Positions 36,930 through 48,544 of a DNA stretch of 64,000 bases are shown here, piece after piece. The stretch's first letter is position 1. Each line of letters opens with the position of its first letter. The translations under genes were made by a program, and so were the position numbers. Under the pieces are notes generated by a model. It ran no database searches, had not been told where the DNA came from, and worked only from the letters and a program-made list of their open reading frames with translations. The DNA lies in assembly GCF_964213995.1 (NCBI RefSeq), contig NW_027590701.1, forward strand, positions 62,001-126,000, written 5' to 3'. The stretch comes from Mustelus asterias. Taxonomy: Eukaryota.

Positions 36930-37088
36930 AAATCAACTGAGATTTTCCCGTGCAGTGACTGTGGAAAGAGTCTCCCAGTTACAGAGCCTGGAAAAATATT
37001 GCACCATCACAGCAGGGCACTATAATCTTGTTCTGTGTGAGACGTCAACTGCTGGTCAAACCTGGAGCAACACAAGGACACCTGCAAC

Positions 37089-37931
37089 ATGGAGAAACCG
37101 TGGAAATGTGGGGACTGTGGGAAGGGTTGCAAAACCCCCTCTGAGCTGCAAATTCATCGACGTATTCACACCGGAGAGAAGCCATACACCTGTTCTGTGT
37201 GTGGGAAGAGGTTCACTCGGTTATATCATCTGCAGCGACATCGGTTGGTTCACACTGGAGAAAGAGCATTCATGTGCTTTGAGTGTGGGAACGGATTCGC
37301 TCATTTACCCGATCTGCAGAGACACCAGCGCGTTCACACTGGAGAGAGACCATTCACCTGCTTGGTGTGTGGGAAAGGATTTATGCAGTTATCCAATCTG
37401 TCAAAACACAAAGTCACTCACAGCAATGAGAAACCCTTTAAATGCTCTGACTGTGGAAATGGTTTCAAAAGCTCTCGGGAACTGACGATCCACCAGCGCA
37501 TTCACACTGGGGAGAGACCGTTCAGCTGCTCTCACTGCACAAAGACATTTAGAACATCATCCCACCTGCGGGAGCACCAGCGAATTCACACCAGGGAGAG
37601 ACCGTTCACCTGCTCTGTGTGTGGGAAGGGATTCACTCATTCATCCAGCCTGCTGAGTCACAATCTCACTCACACCCAGGAGAGACCCTTTAAATGCTCT
37701 GACTGTGGCAGTGGTTTCAAAAGTTCTCGGGATCTGGTTATCCACCAGCGCACTCACACTGAGGAGAGACCGTTCAGCTGCTCTCACTGCACAAAGAGAT
37801 TTAGAACATCATCCAGCCTGCGGGAGCACCAGCGAGTTCACACTGGGGAGAGACCGTTCACCTGCTGTTTGTGTGGGAAGGGATTCACTCAGTCATCCAG
37901 CCTGCGGAGACACCAACGAGTTCACGAATGA
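37089..37931 (+). CDS. C2H2 zinc-finger protein ZNF-8, 10 fingers
   Basis: 280 aa intact ORF with all ligands present. Confidence 0.93.
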   Translation: MEKPWKCGDCGKGCKTPSELQIHRRIHTGEKPYTCSVCGKRFTRLYHLQRHRLVHTGERAFMCFECGNGFAHLPDLQRHQRVHTGERPFTCLVCGKGFMQLSNLSKHKVTHSNEKPFKCSDCGNGFKSSRELTIHQRIHTGERPFSCSHCTKTFRTSSHLREHQRIHTRERPFTCSVCGKGFTHSSSLLSHNLTHTQERPFKCSDCGSGFKSSRDLVIHQRTHTEERPFSCSHCTKRFRTSSSLREHQRVHTGERPFTCCLCGKGFTQSSSLRRHQRVHE

Positions 37932-38322
37932 TGACAGGGGTTGGATTCTGCTGTTATTGCTGCTATTAATCACATCCAGGACTGAACCATGTTCATTCTG
38001 ACAGTTGAAGTGGGAGGGTCGAAGGGTTTCTTTCTGCTGGACTGGCCGGTCTCACAACTTTGCTTCTCTGAGCCTGGGAGAGCACATTTCCACTGAAATG
38101 ATCCACAAAAGCTGATGAAGGACATTTATTTATCCTGGATAATAAATATTTTTCCTACCGCTACAGGTAGATCTGAAATAAATACAGAAAGAACTGCAAA
38201 AATGCATTAGGTCTGGCAACATTTATGGAGAGAGAAACAGTGTTAATATTTCACACTACTGGATTGGGAATCAATCTGGTAAACCTCCTCTGAACTGCTT
38301 CCATGGTATTTATAAAATGGGA

Positions 38323-38635
38323 CAGCATGGCAGCACAGTGATTAGCACTGCTGCATCATAACACCAGGGACCCAGGTTCAATTCCAGCCCGGGTCACTGT
38401 CTGTGTGGAGTTTGCACATTCTCTGCGTGGGTTTCCTCCGGGTGCTCCGGTTTCCTCCCACAGTCCAAAGATGTGTGGGTTAGGTTGATTGGCCATGATA
38501 AATTGACCTTTAGTGTCAGGCGGACTGGCTGGAGTAAATGCATGTGGTTATGGGAATAGGGCCTGGATGGGATGGTGTTTGGTACAGACTCGATGGACAG
38601 AACGGCCTCTGTCTGTACTGTAGGGATTCTACAAT
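38323..38635 (+). mobile_element. HE1-like V-SINE
   Basis: Pol III A/B-box-like head, core and LINE-derived tail. Confidence 0.85.
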
Positions 38636-39084
38636 TCTTTGTTTAATAGGAGACAAAAACTGCAGCCACTCGTCAAGATGCAGTTTCAGCAACACCCTGT
38701 ATAACTGAAGCAGAACATCTTTACTTCAATGTTCAATTTCTCTCAGAATAAAGGATTGCATTCCATATGTAAGAATTTTGAATTGTTTGAACTCAGATTT
38801 ATGGGGTTCACTTGTTTACAACAACCTCCCTAATCATAACTCACCCAGGTTCCAGTGACTTAACCATATGGCAGGAAAGAACACTTTAAATGGTGAATTC
38901 AGAAAGTTTATTCACCATTAAAAATGTAACAAGTCAGAAAGATAAAAAATCAAAGTATCGATTAACAGTAAAGGAGAAAGCTTAACTTTAACTTCCCTCC
39001 ATCCCTCTCTGACCAGGACATGAAGTGGTGGCTCTGAAAACACGGATAACTTGTAAAATCAACAGCTCCCAACACATTTCTGTA

Positions 39085-39345
39085 GGACACAGTGGTTCCC
39101 ACTGCTGCCTCACAGCGCCAGAGACCCGGGTTTGAGTTCCACCTTGGGTCACTGTCTGTACAGAGTCTGCACATTCCCCCTCTGTGGGTTTTCTCCCACA
39201 GACCGAAGGACTTGCTGGTTAGGTACATTGAGCATGCTAAATTCTCCCTCAGTTTACCCGAACAGGTGCCAGAGTGGCAACTGGGGGATTTTCAGAGTAA
39301 CTTCATTGCAGTGTGAATGTGTGACACTAATAAATAAACTTTAAA
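39085..39345 (+). mobile_element. V-SINE (alternative tail)
   Basis: Head/core and taacttcattgcagtgt...taataaataaac tail. Confidence 0.75.
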
Positions 39346-39667
39346 AAACCTTGAACTTTTAAAACCTTTTGCCAAATTGGTTTCTTGAATCCCCTTTTTT
39401 ATACTTTCAAAATGTAGAAAGCCCAGCTCAGCCAATTGTTGGGAATTAGCCAATTGGTCTATAACTTGTCAATAATGAAACTGGTTTGGTTTTTAGCTAG
39501 TTGCACACATTGTCTGAAATTTAAGACTATTCTTTCTCTCAACTGATATCTCTTTGCTTGGGGTAGCCTGAGTGTTGACCAATAATTGGTTAACATCAGC
39601 CATTCAATGTTGAGACATCTTGATCAGGAGCCGATTCATTCCCTCCAGTCAATGTTAACAATGTTTT

Positions 39668-39965
39668 AAAGTTTATTTATTAATGTCACAAGTAGGCTGA
39701 CATTAACACTGCAATGAAGTTACTGGGAAAATCCCCCTAGTCGCAACACTCCGGCATCTGTTCAGGTTCACAGAGAATTTAGCATAGTCAATCCACCTAA
39801 CTCGCACGTCTTTTGGACTGTGGGAACAAACAGGAGCACCCGGAGGAAACCCACGCAGACACGGGGAGAATGTGCAGACTCCACAGTGTCACCCAAGCCG
39901 GGAATCGAACCCAGGTTCCTGGCGCTGTGAGGCAGCAGTGCTAACCACTGTGGCACCGTGCCACG
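39668..39965 (-). mobile_element. V-SINE (alternative tail)
   Basis: Head, core and tail on the minus strand. Confidence 0.85.
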
Positions 39966-42713
39966 CTAACAAGTCTTATCTGTTTTTTTCTATTCTGTTG
40001 GCCTCAGAAGGGAACATTTTTTATAATTCCCACAGCATTTTAAACATTCTTTATAATTCTAAACGTTATAAACTTTTGTGTTCAAATTTACGTTTCCATC
40101 CTAACATCTGTATTGATGAATCATTTATTCTTTAATTGTCTCTCAATTCAGGCTGTCTATTTAACTAATCTCCTGCTTTACAATTGTGGGAACTTCAGTC
40201 CACAGATAAGGTCGTCAAATGCATTGTTAAAAGCAGGATGTTCTTTATATAAATAAATAACAACGTTTAAAAATCATTGGCAAACTAAAGGAAACAGGAG
40301 CATTGGAACCAGCCTGGACTTGCAGACTGAAACCCCACCCAAAGCCCGCACGTGCTCAGAAGGGAGAGAGGCTGAGAAGAACACTCTGTAACACTTCTCC
40401 TCCCCTTAAATTTCAATCCCCCATCAGGACACAAATACAACAAAGTAATGTCTTTAACAATACGGAAGTCTGTCAGGAGCTTTGTGGTTGCATTGCGACC
40501 TGTACAATACCACTGGTAAATCTTGTAATTGTGTTTCTGGAATGGGTGATGAAGAGGTAGTTTGAGAATCTGTAAATGAACATTCCTCTTCCACTCCCAC
40601 AGCAGAATCACTGGCAAAGCTGGAACCATTTCCTGGTGAACATCCACAGCAGCATGACCCTCTGCCATGTTCTCAGTAATGGTTGTTGACTCTGAAACTG
40701 TTCCTGACTCGGGTTCACACCACAAGTGAATATGGTCTTGGTGGCTATGCTTAAAATTTCCACATTTAACTGGTTCCCATAAATCCTCAATTATAAAGCA
40801 AAATAGACATAAGTTTCCGGGCGATTTAAAAACAAATGAATTGTCTGCTGAAAGGGTGAACTTTTCTACAGAACCTAAAGGGGTGGGGAGTGAGCAGAAA
40901 ACACTTGGCACACAATTACGTCACTTTACATAATTTAAAAAATCTTCTCTAACAACAAAACAATCTTAATTTTAAACTTCATCTATTATTCTTTTTGTTT
41001 TCTTCCTCAACCGAATAATTTTAATTTGATCAGTTTTTGTTAGGGACGGGTAACTTCTGTTCTTTATAAACTGATTCACTTGTTTTGTTAGTTCTACATG
41101 AGAATCAGAACCCAGACTTTATCATCCTTATCCTTTTTCTCCTTTTACCACCACTCCCTCTGTTTTGTGGGAGGGTCGTGGGGATTCCAATCAGAACTAA
41201 TCATTTTATCATAAAAGTAAAATTCTGCGGACGCTGGAATCTGAAACAAAAACAGAAAATGCTGGAAAGTCTCAGCAGGTCTGACAGTATCTGTGGAGAG
41301 AGAATAGAGCCAATGTTTCCAGTCTGGATGTCCTTTCATCAGAGCTCTTCTGAAGTGGAATCCAGACTCAAAACATTGGCTCTATTCTCTTATCATTGTA
41401 TTGATAAGATTCTCACTTTTAGTTTCCAAATGGCAGGTAAGAGACCTGTCCGGTCCCCACTCGAGCTCTGATTTTTCACTGGCCATGCTTGGGTAGGATT
41501 ATAACCATTAGAATCTACTCTCAGATGTCTGCTTTTTCGTCCAGTGCTACTTGGAGTATACCGTCACTTCACCGACTATCAGGTCACAAATATATGATAA
41601 AATAATTTAAATAATGCCTGAGAACGCATTGAACTAACTACCTATCATAGTTTGTTGATTGGTCAGACCCCCTTTTTACAGATTCAAGTATCTCAGCCGC
41701 TGAACACCAGCCGGTCCTGGAATAAGTTTAATTCTAACTCATTCTGAGTAAATATTCTCACCAGGTCCTCTGTTGGGGCCCTGCTGAGCAGCTTTAATGG
41801 TCCGTGATTGCAGAAACTGAGCAGTCACAGGAATGTGGTCAAGATAGTCCAGTCCCATAATGCCTCACATTCAATCTGCAGTCCTTCAATTATAACAGAA
41901 TATGTGGCTGTATGTAGCTGCCTCGGCCATGGTCAACCCCAACACTGCCTTCTTGAACTGCTACAATGCCTGAGGTGTAAGTACACCCACAGTGCTGTTA
42001 GGGAGTGATTTCCAGCGACACATTCCAGACTTTCACTAACTGTTGGTGGATACCAGATTGATATATTCCATTCAACCACACCCAAGGTGAGTTATTCCAA
42101 TTCCTTTATTGTCCAGGACAATATATTCACAATATCTTTAAAACAGAAATTAAACATTCCCATTTAATTTCAGGTATTAACATATTCTGTTAGTTTGTTC
42201 TTTATTGTCAATGTCAGGCTGGGGTTGTTCCTCTTGGAGCAAAGGAGGTTGAGGGGAGATTTGATGGAGGTGGACAAGATTCTGACAGGTTTAGATAAGG
42301 TGGACAAAGAAAAGCTGTTCCCATTCGCTGATGGGACAAGGACGAGGGGGGTGCAGATTTTGGTTCAGAGATGTGGGATGGGGGGAGTGGGGGGGGCGAT
42401 GTGAGGAAGAATATTTTGATGCAGTGAATGGTAATGACCTGGAACTCGCTGCCTACGAGGGTGGAGGAAGTGGAGACAATAAACAATTACAAAGGAAATT
42501 GGATGAGCATTTGGGGGGTTTCAAACAGAAATGCTGACTAAATATCTCTTAACCTCCGAGCACCAGCCACTGGAGGCAAAATCATGAGACCGGCCAGTCC
42601 AGCAGAAAGAAACCCTCCGACCCTCCCCATTGACCAACTGTGAGAATGAGCAAAATGCAGTCCTGGATGTAATTGAGAGCAGAAACAATAACAGCAGAAT
42701 CCAACCCCTGGAA

Positions 42714-43136
42714 TCACTCGTGAACTTGTTGGTGTCTCAGCAGCTGGGATGAAACTCTGAATCCCTTCCCACACTGAGAGCAGGTGTACGGCCTCTCCCC
42801 AGTGTGAACTCGCTGGTGTGTCTGCAGGCTGGATGAGTTAGTGAATCCCTTCTCACACTTCGGGCAGGTGAACGGCCTCTCTCCGGTGTGAACTCGCTGG
42901 TGTGTCTGCAGGCTGGATAACTGAGTGAATCCCTTCCCACACACAGAGCAGGTGAATGGCCTCTCCCCAGTGTGAATTAGTTGGTGTGTCCGCAGTTCAG
43001 ATGACTGAGTGAATCCCTTTCCACACACACAGCAGCTGAACGGCCTCTCCCCAGTGTGACTGCGTCGATGAATTTCCAGCCGAGATGGGCACATGTATCC
43101 CTTCCCACAGTCCACACATTTCCATGCTTTCTCCAT
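42714..43136 (-). CDS. C2H2 zinc-finger protein ZNF-9, 5 fingers
   Basis: 140 aa intact ORF MEKAWKC...HQQVHE. Confidence 0.88.
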   Translation of the reverse strand: MEKAWKCVDCGKGYMCPSRLEIHRRSHTGERPFSCCVCGKGFTQSSELRTHQLIHTGERPFTCSVCGKGFTQLSSLQTHQRVHTGERPFTCPKCEKGFTNSSSLQTHQRVHTGERPYTCSQCGKGFRVSSQLLRHQQVHE

Positions 43137-43692
43137 GGTTCGGGTCCTTGTGACTCTCCAGTTTAAATAATCAGTTAAATCTCACACAGACCACTTCAGA
43201 AGCTGACAGAACAGAGAAACATTTCCCCTTCTAGATTCAAAGGTCAGTGATATTCGGGTCCTGATGAATTGAGTAATTCTGTCAGATGTTGATGTGACAT
43301 TTGGTTTGAGATTTCTGTCTGTAAATTCTCACCTTCTGATATTCTGTAAAAGGAATTTACAAAAGTCATCAGTGTCAGTACAGGATAGGAATTCAGAACA
43401 GACAATTCTAGTTTCGATGGAACATTCTTTTCTCTCTCATTCCCCAAAAGCTGTAAATCTCCATCCCACACACTCTCCCTCCATTCTCACTCTGCTGTAT
43501 CTAATATTCACCCTCCCAATTCTCCTGAAGGTGCTGATTGAGGCTGATTGACAGATCCATGCTCACTGCTTCCTGTCCTGGACACAGAGAGCTGGAAATC
43601 TCCATGCAGGCTGCCAGACAGGTACATGTCTATATGACGGGACCAAAAATGTATGGATTATATAGACTGGACTCACTTCCTTTCCCTTCAGT

Positions 43693-45215
43693 GGCTAAGG
43701 GCTGACAAGTCACCAGGACCCAATGAACTGCACGCTAGCTTTTTAATGGAGGTTGCTAAAGAGATAGTGGAGAATTTTGTTGAAATTTTTCGTAACTTGC
43801 TAGATTCCTGGAGAGTATCAGAAGATTGGCAATCAGCCAATGTGACTCCCTTGGTCAAAAAGGGAGAAGGCAGAAGGCAGGGAACTATAGGCCAGTTAAT
43901 TTAACATCTATTATTGGCAAGACGCTGGAGTCAATAATCAAAGAGCAAATAGCTAATCATTTAGGAAAGCTGAATATAATCAAACCTTGTCAACATGGTT
44001 CTATGAAAGATAAATTATGTTTGACAAATTTGTTTGAATTGTTTGAGGATATAAGAAGGAAGATAGATCGAGATAAATCTGTAGTTTCTTTAGATATGGC
44101 GCCATGGCAGCACAGTGGTTAGCACTGCTGCCTCACAGTGCCAGGGACCTGCGTTCAATCCCGGCCTTGGGTGACAGTCTGTGTGGAGTATGCGCATTCT
44201 CTCCATGTTGGTGTTGATTTCTGAGTTCTCCAGGTTCTTCCCACAGTCCAAAGATGTGCAGGTTAGATTGAATGACCATGCTAAATTGACCCTTCGTGTC
44301 CCAATAGATGTGGATTAGTGGGGTAAAAATGTAGGGCTACAGGGATAGGGCCTGGGAAAGATGAGTCGAGCGTTGGGGGAAGATGCAATAAAGTCACCCC
44401 TCTGTCTTCAAAACCTGACAAATGGAGTTTAAAGTGGGGAAGTGTGAGGTCATGTATTTCAGTAGAAGGAATCAACAGGAAGATTATCTAAATGGGGAGA
44501 GGCTGCCGGTGAGTGAAGTACAGCGGGATCTTGGTGTTCTTGTGCATGAATCACAAAAAGCTAGCAGACAGGTCCCACACAAGGTGAGGAGGAAAATGGC
44601 ATTTTGGCTTTTATTGCAAAGGGGTTGGAGTTTAAAAACAGGGAGGTTTTGTTGCAACTGTACAGTGTGTTGGTGATGCCTCACCTGGGATAATGCATAC
44701 AGTTTTGATCCCCTGACCTAAACAAGGATATAGTAATATTGGACATAGTCCAAAGGAAATTCACCAGGCTAATTCCTGGGATAGGAGGGTTGTCCTATCA
44801 AGAGGGAGTAAATTGTCAAGGTCTGTGTTCCTTGAGGTTTTGAAGACAAAGGAGTTATTGAAAAATATAAGATCCTGAGGGGGCTTGACAGGGTAGATGG
44901 TGAGATATTTTCATGAGTGGGAGAGTTTCAAACAAAATAAAGGGTCAGTCATTTAAAACTGAGGTGTGCAGAAATTTCTTCTCACAGAGGATGATGAAGC
45001 TCTGGAATTCCCCGCCCCAAAGGGTGGTGGAGACTGGATCGTTAGAAGTATTTAAAGTGGAGGTGGATAAATATTTGATAGATCGGGGAATACAGGGCCA
45101 TGGGGAAATGGCACAGTAAAGGAGTTGAAACCAGCATCAGTCAGCCATGATCAGATTGAATGGCGGGACAGGCTTCAAGGGCCTGGTGGCCACTCCTGCT
45201 TCTATTTCTCGTGAT
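43693..45215 (+). mobile_element. Decayed CR1-like LINE in intron 1 of ZNF-9, with nested SINE
   Basis: DKSPGPNE, NYRPVNLTS and DLGVLVHES remnants. It splits the intron-1 motif cccttcagt...tgctgcaagt. Confidence 0.8.
44098..44380 (+). mobile_element. V-SINE nested in a LINE
   Basis: ggcagcacagtggttagcactgctgcctcacag head. Confidence 0.8.
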
Positions 45216-45279
45216 CAGTTGCTGCAAGTCAACAATTTCTCCCAGAATGAGAAAATAAATGGAAAGGGTGAGAAAAGAA

Positions 45280-45860
45280 AGTGTTTTACTCACAGATGTT
45301 GATGATTGGAGAAGTTTGAGCCTGTCTGAAGCTCAATCTTCATTCAGAGAGAGATCAGCAGCTTTGCTGGGCAGGAATGAGCAGCTGAACAAGCTCATTG
45401 TCCACTTCCGCATTCAGACAATGGGGAAGCTCTGATTGGATGGAGGACCCGAGTACTTCCGGTCCTCCAGAGTTCCCATTGGTCAATCCCCCGCAGACAG
45501 ACAATGAAGGGCGGAGCCTCACGTGGGGGTGGGCTGGACTTTGTCCTCCAGCCGCGCTGAGCTGTTGTCCAATGGGAAAGGCTGGAAGACCCGGACAGAC
45601 AAAGGTCAGTGGGCCGGCTTTGGCCCGGGCCCCGCCCCACACCCGCACATGCGCATTCCCCCAAAACCCGCACATGCGCACCTCTGATTCACTGCCGCTC
45701 ACCAGCTCCGGCCAATGGGAAGACTTGGAGGACCGGAAGGATCCTGGTCCTCCAGCCAATCAGAGCGCGGGCTTTGTGTGAATGAAGATTGAGCTTCAGA
45801 CAGACTCCAACTTCCTCCTGTTTCAACCTAAAAGAGGCCAACATCTGTGAGTAAAACACC
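45280..45860. promoter_or_regulatory. Bidirectional promoter of ZNF-9 (-) and ZNF-10 (+)
   Basis: Mirror-image exon-1 donors (aacatct/gtgagtaaaacac) at both ends, two CCAAT-palindrome modules, central GC box and NRF1-like acatgcgca x2. Confidence 0.8.
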
Positions 45861-45979
45861 TTTTCTCATTCTGGGGGAAATTGGAGACTTGCAACAACTG
45901 AAGGGAAAGGAAGTGAATCCAGGGAGAGTGCAGACTCAGGAAAGGTTGGCCCAGGACTCTCTCTCTGAAAGAAATTTAA

Positions 45980-46465
45980 GAGAAACATAGAAGATAGGAG
46001 CAGGAGGAAGCCATTTGGCCCTTCGAGCCTGCTCTGCCATTCATTAAGATCATGGATGATCAAGCAACTCAATAGTCTAATCCTGCTTTCTCCCCATAAC
46101 CTTTGATCCCATTCACCCCAAGTGCTATATCGAGCTGCTTTTGAATACATTCAATGTTTTGGCATCAATTACTTCCTGCGGTCATGAATTCCAGAGGCTC
46201 ACCACTCTTTGGGTGAAGAAATGTCTCCTCACCTCCGTCCTAAATGGTCTACCCTGAATCCTCAGACTGTGACCCTTGGCTCTGGACTCCCCCACCATCG
46301 GGAACATCCTCCCTGCAGCTATCCTGTCTCGACCTGTTAGAATTTTATAAGTCTCTGTGAGATCCCCCCTCATTCATCTGAACTCCAATGAAAACAATCT
46401 TAACCTCGTCAATCTCTCCTCATACATCAGTCCCACGATCCCCTGAATCAGCCTGGTGAACATCC
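45980..46465 (-). mobile_element. CR1-like LINE 3' fragment
   Basis: MRGDLTETYKIL...FFTQRVVSLWNS. Confidence 0.85.
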
Positions 46466-47869
46466 TTTGATCCCTCAGTTTGACACATTTATTTGTCTGG
46501 CTAAAAGATGGTCTCTTTCCTAATGTTCACAATTAAAGGGCAGCTTTCCCCAGGAGATGGCTGACATTTAAGGGGCAGTAAATTAATATAGGACAGAGAT
46601 ATGTCTAGTGTTGTTATATGGTACAGATTAGATATATTATTTATGTTTCTGTAAAAAAATGCATTTATTATTATTTCTTGTCTTGTAATATAATGCTGTA
46701 GCGATCTTATACATTTCCAGTCATAAAGTCATTACAGCACAGAAGGAGTCCGTTCGGAAACTCAAGTCCATGCCGACATTCTGTATAACTTTCCATTCCC
46801 ATTCCCACTCTATATCCCCGTTCTCCTGAAAGTTTGTTTCCTTCAAGTGCCCATCCAGTTTCATTTTTAAATAGAATCCATAGACTTGTAATATGGAACT
46901 GTAGTTACGTTATATATTTCCAGACATCTCTTCCCTCAGAGGGTTGTTAGTCTTTTGGATTTCTCTTCCACAGGGACCAGTGGAGGCTGAGGGTCATTGA
47001 ACATATTCCAGGATGAGTTGGACTGATTTTTGACTGACAAGGGTGTTAATGGTTATGGCGAACAGACAAGAAGATGGAGCAAAAGCTGAGATGTGGGGGG
47101 ATTTCTTCACTCAAGGATGTGGTGAAGCTTTGGAATTCTCAACTGTTGAGGACAGTGGAGCCTCAGTCATCAAGTATTTTCAGGGGAGAGATTGATTGGT
47201 TTCTCGATATTGAGAATATCAAGGGATATGGGTTTAGTGTGGGGAGAATGATGCTGAGGTAGATGAGCCAATGATCTCATTGAATGGTTTAAAAGGCTCA
47301 ATGGGCCAAATGGCCGACTGCAGCTCCTATTTGTTATGGTCTCTGTGTCCAGGACAGGAAGCAGTGAGCATGGATCTGTCAATCAGCCTCAATCAGCACC
47401 TTCAGGAGAATTGGGAGGGTGAATATTAGATACAGCAGAGTGAGAATGGAGGGAGAGTGTGTGGGAGGGAGATTTACAGCTTTTGGAGAATGAGAGAGGA
47501 AAGAATATTCCATAGAAACTAGAATTGTCTGTTCTGAATTTCTATCCTGTACTGACACTGATGACTTTTGCAAACTCATTTTGCAGGATATTGAAAGAGG
47601 CCTCATTGGCCTTTGAATCTCGAAGGAGAAATAATTGTCTGATCTGTCGATTTGAATAGATTTCAAATGTATGTGTGACTGGAAAAGCAGCAACACACTG
47701 CCACACTCGAGTGAGAGTGTTCCAGTGCACTGACTAAAGGGCTTTAACCAGTTACACCGCCTGAATAAATATCACACCATTCACAGTGGGGAGAGACTAT
47801 ACTCGTGTTGTGTGTGAACGAGGCTTTAACTGATTGTCCAAACAAGACAGAGGCAAGGACACCTGCACC

Positions 47870-48544
47870 ATGGAGAAACCATGGAAATGTGTGGACTGTG
47901 GGAAGAGTTACAGATCCCCATCTCTGCTGGATGCTCATCGGCGCAGCCACACTGGGGAGAGGCCATTCATCTGCTCTCAGTGTGGGAAGGGATTCACTCT
48001 GTCATCCAGCCTGCAGAGACACCGGCGAGTTCACACTGGGGAGAGGCCGTTCACCTGCTCTCAGTGTGGGAAGGGATTCACTCGGTTATCTACTCTGCAG
48101 ACACACCAGCGCATTCATACTGGGGAGAGGCCATTCATCTGCTCTCAGTGTGGGGAGGGATTCACTCAGTCATCCAACCTGCAGAGACACCAACGAGGTC
48201 ACACTGGGGAGAAGCCATTCATCTGCTCTGTGTGTGGGGAGGGATTTACTGAGTCTTCCAACTTGCAGAGGCACCAGCGAGTTCACACTGGGGAGAGGCC
48301 ATTCACCTGCTCTGTGTGTGGGAAGGGATTCACTCAGTTATCCGATCTGCTGACACATCAGCGAATTCACACTGGGGAGAGGCCGTTCACCTGCTCTCAG
48401 TGTGGGAAGAGATTTGCTCGGTCATCCAGCTGGTGGAGACACCAGCGAGTTCACACTGGGGAGAGGCCGTTTACCTGCTCTCAGTGTGGGAAGGGATTCA
48501 GAGTTTCATTCTTGCTGCTGAGACACCAGCAAGTTCACGAGTGA
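47870..48544 (+). CDS. C2H2 zinc-finger protein ZNF-10, 8 fingers
   Basis: Intact ORF from accATGG at 47870. Confidence 0.92.
   Translation: MEKPWKCVDCGKSYRSPSLLDAHRRSHTGERPFICSQCGKGFTLSSSLQRHRRVHTGERPFTCSQCGKGFTRLSTLQTHQRIHTGERPFICSQCGEGFTQSSNLQRHQRGHTGEKPFICSVCGEGFTESSNLQRHQRVHTGERPFTCSVCGKGFTQLSDLLTHQRIHTGERPFTCSQCGKRFARSSSWWRHQRVHTGERPFTCSQCGKGFRVSFLLLRHQQVHE

Noticed and set aside
38323-38400. tRNA genes
   Set aside because: tRNA-like A/B boxes are SINE heads continuing into the V-SINE core; no full cloverleaf.
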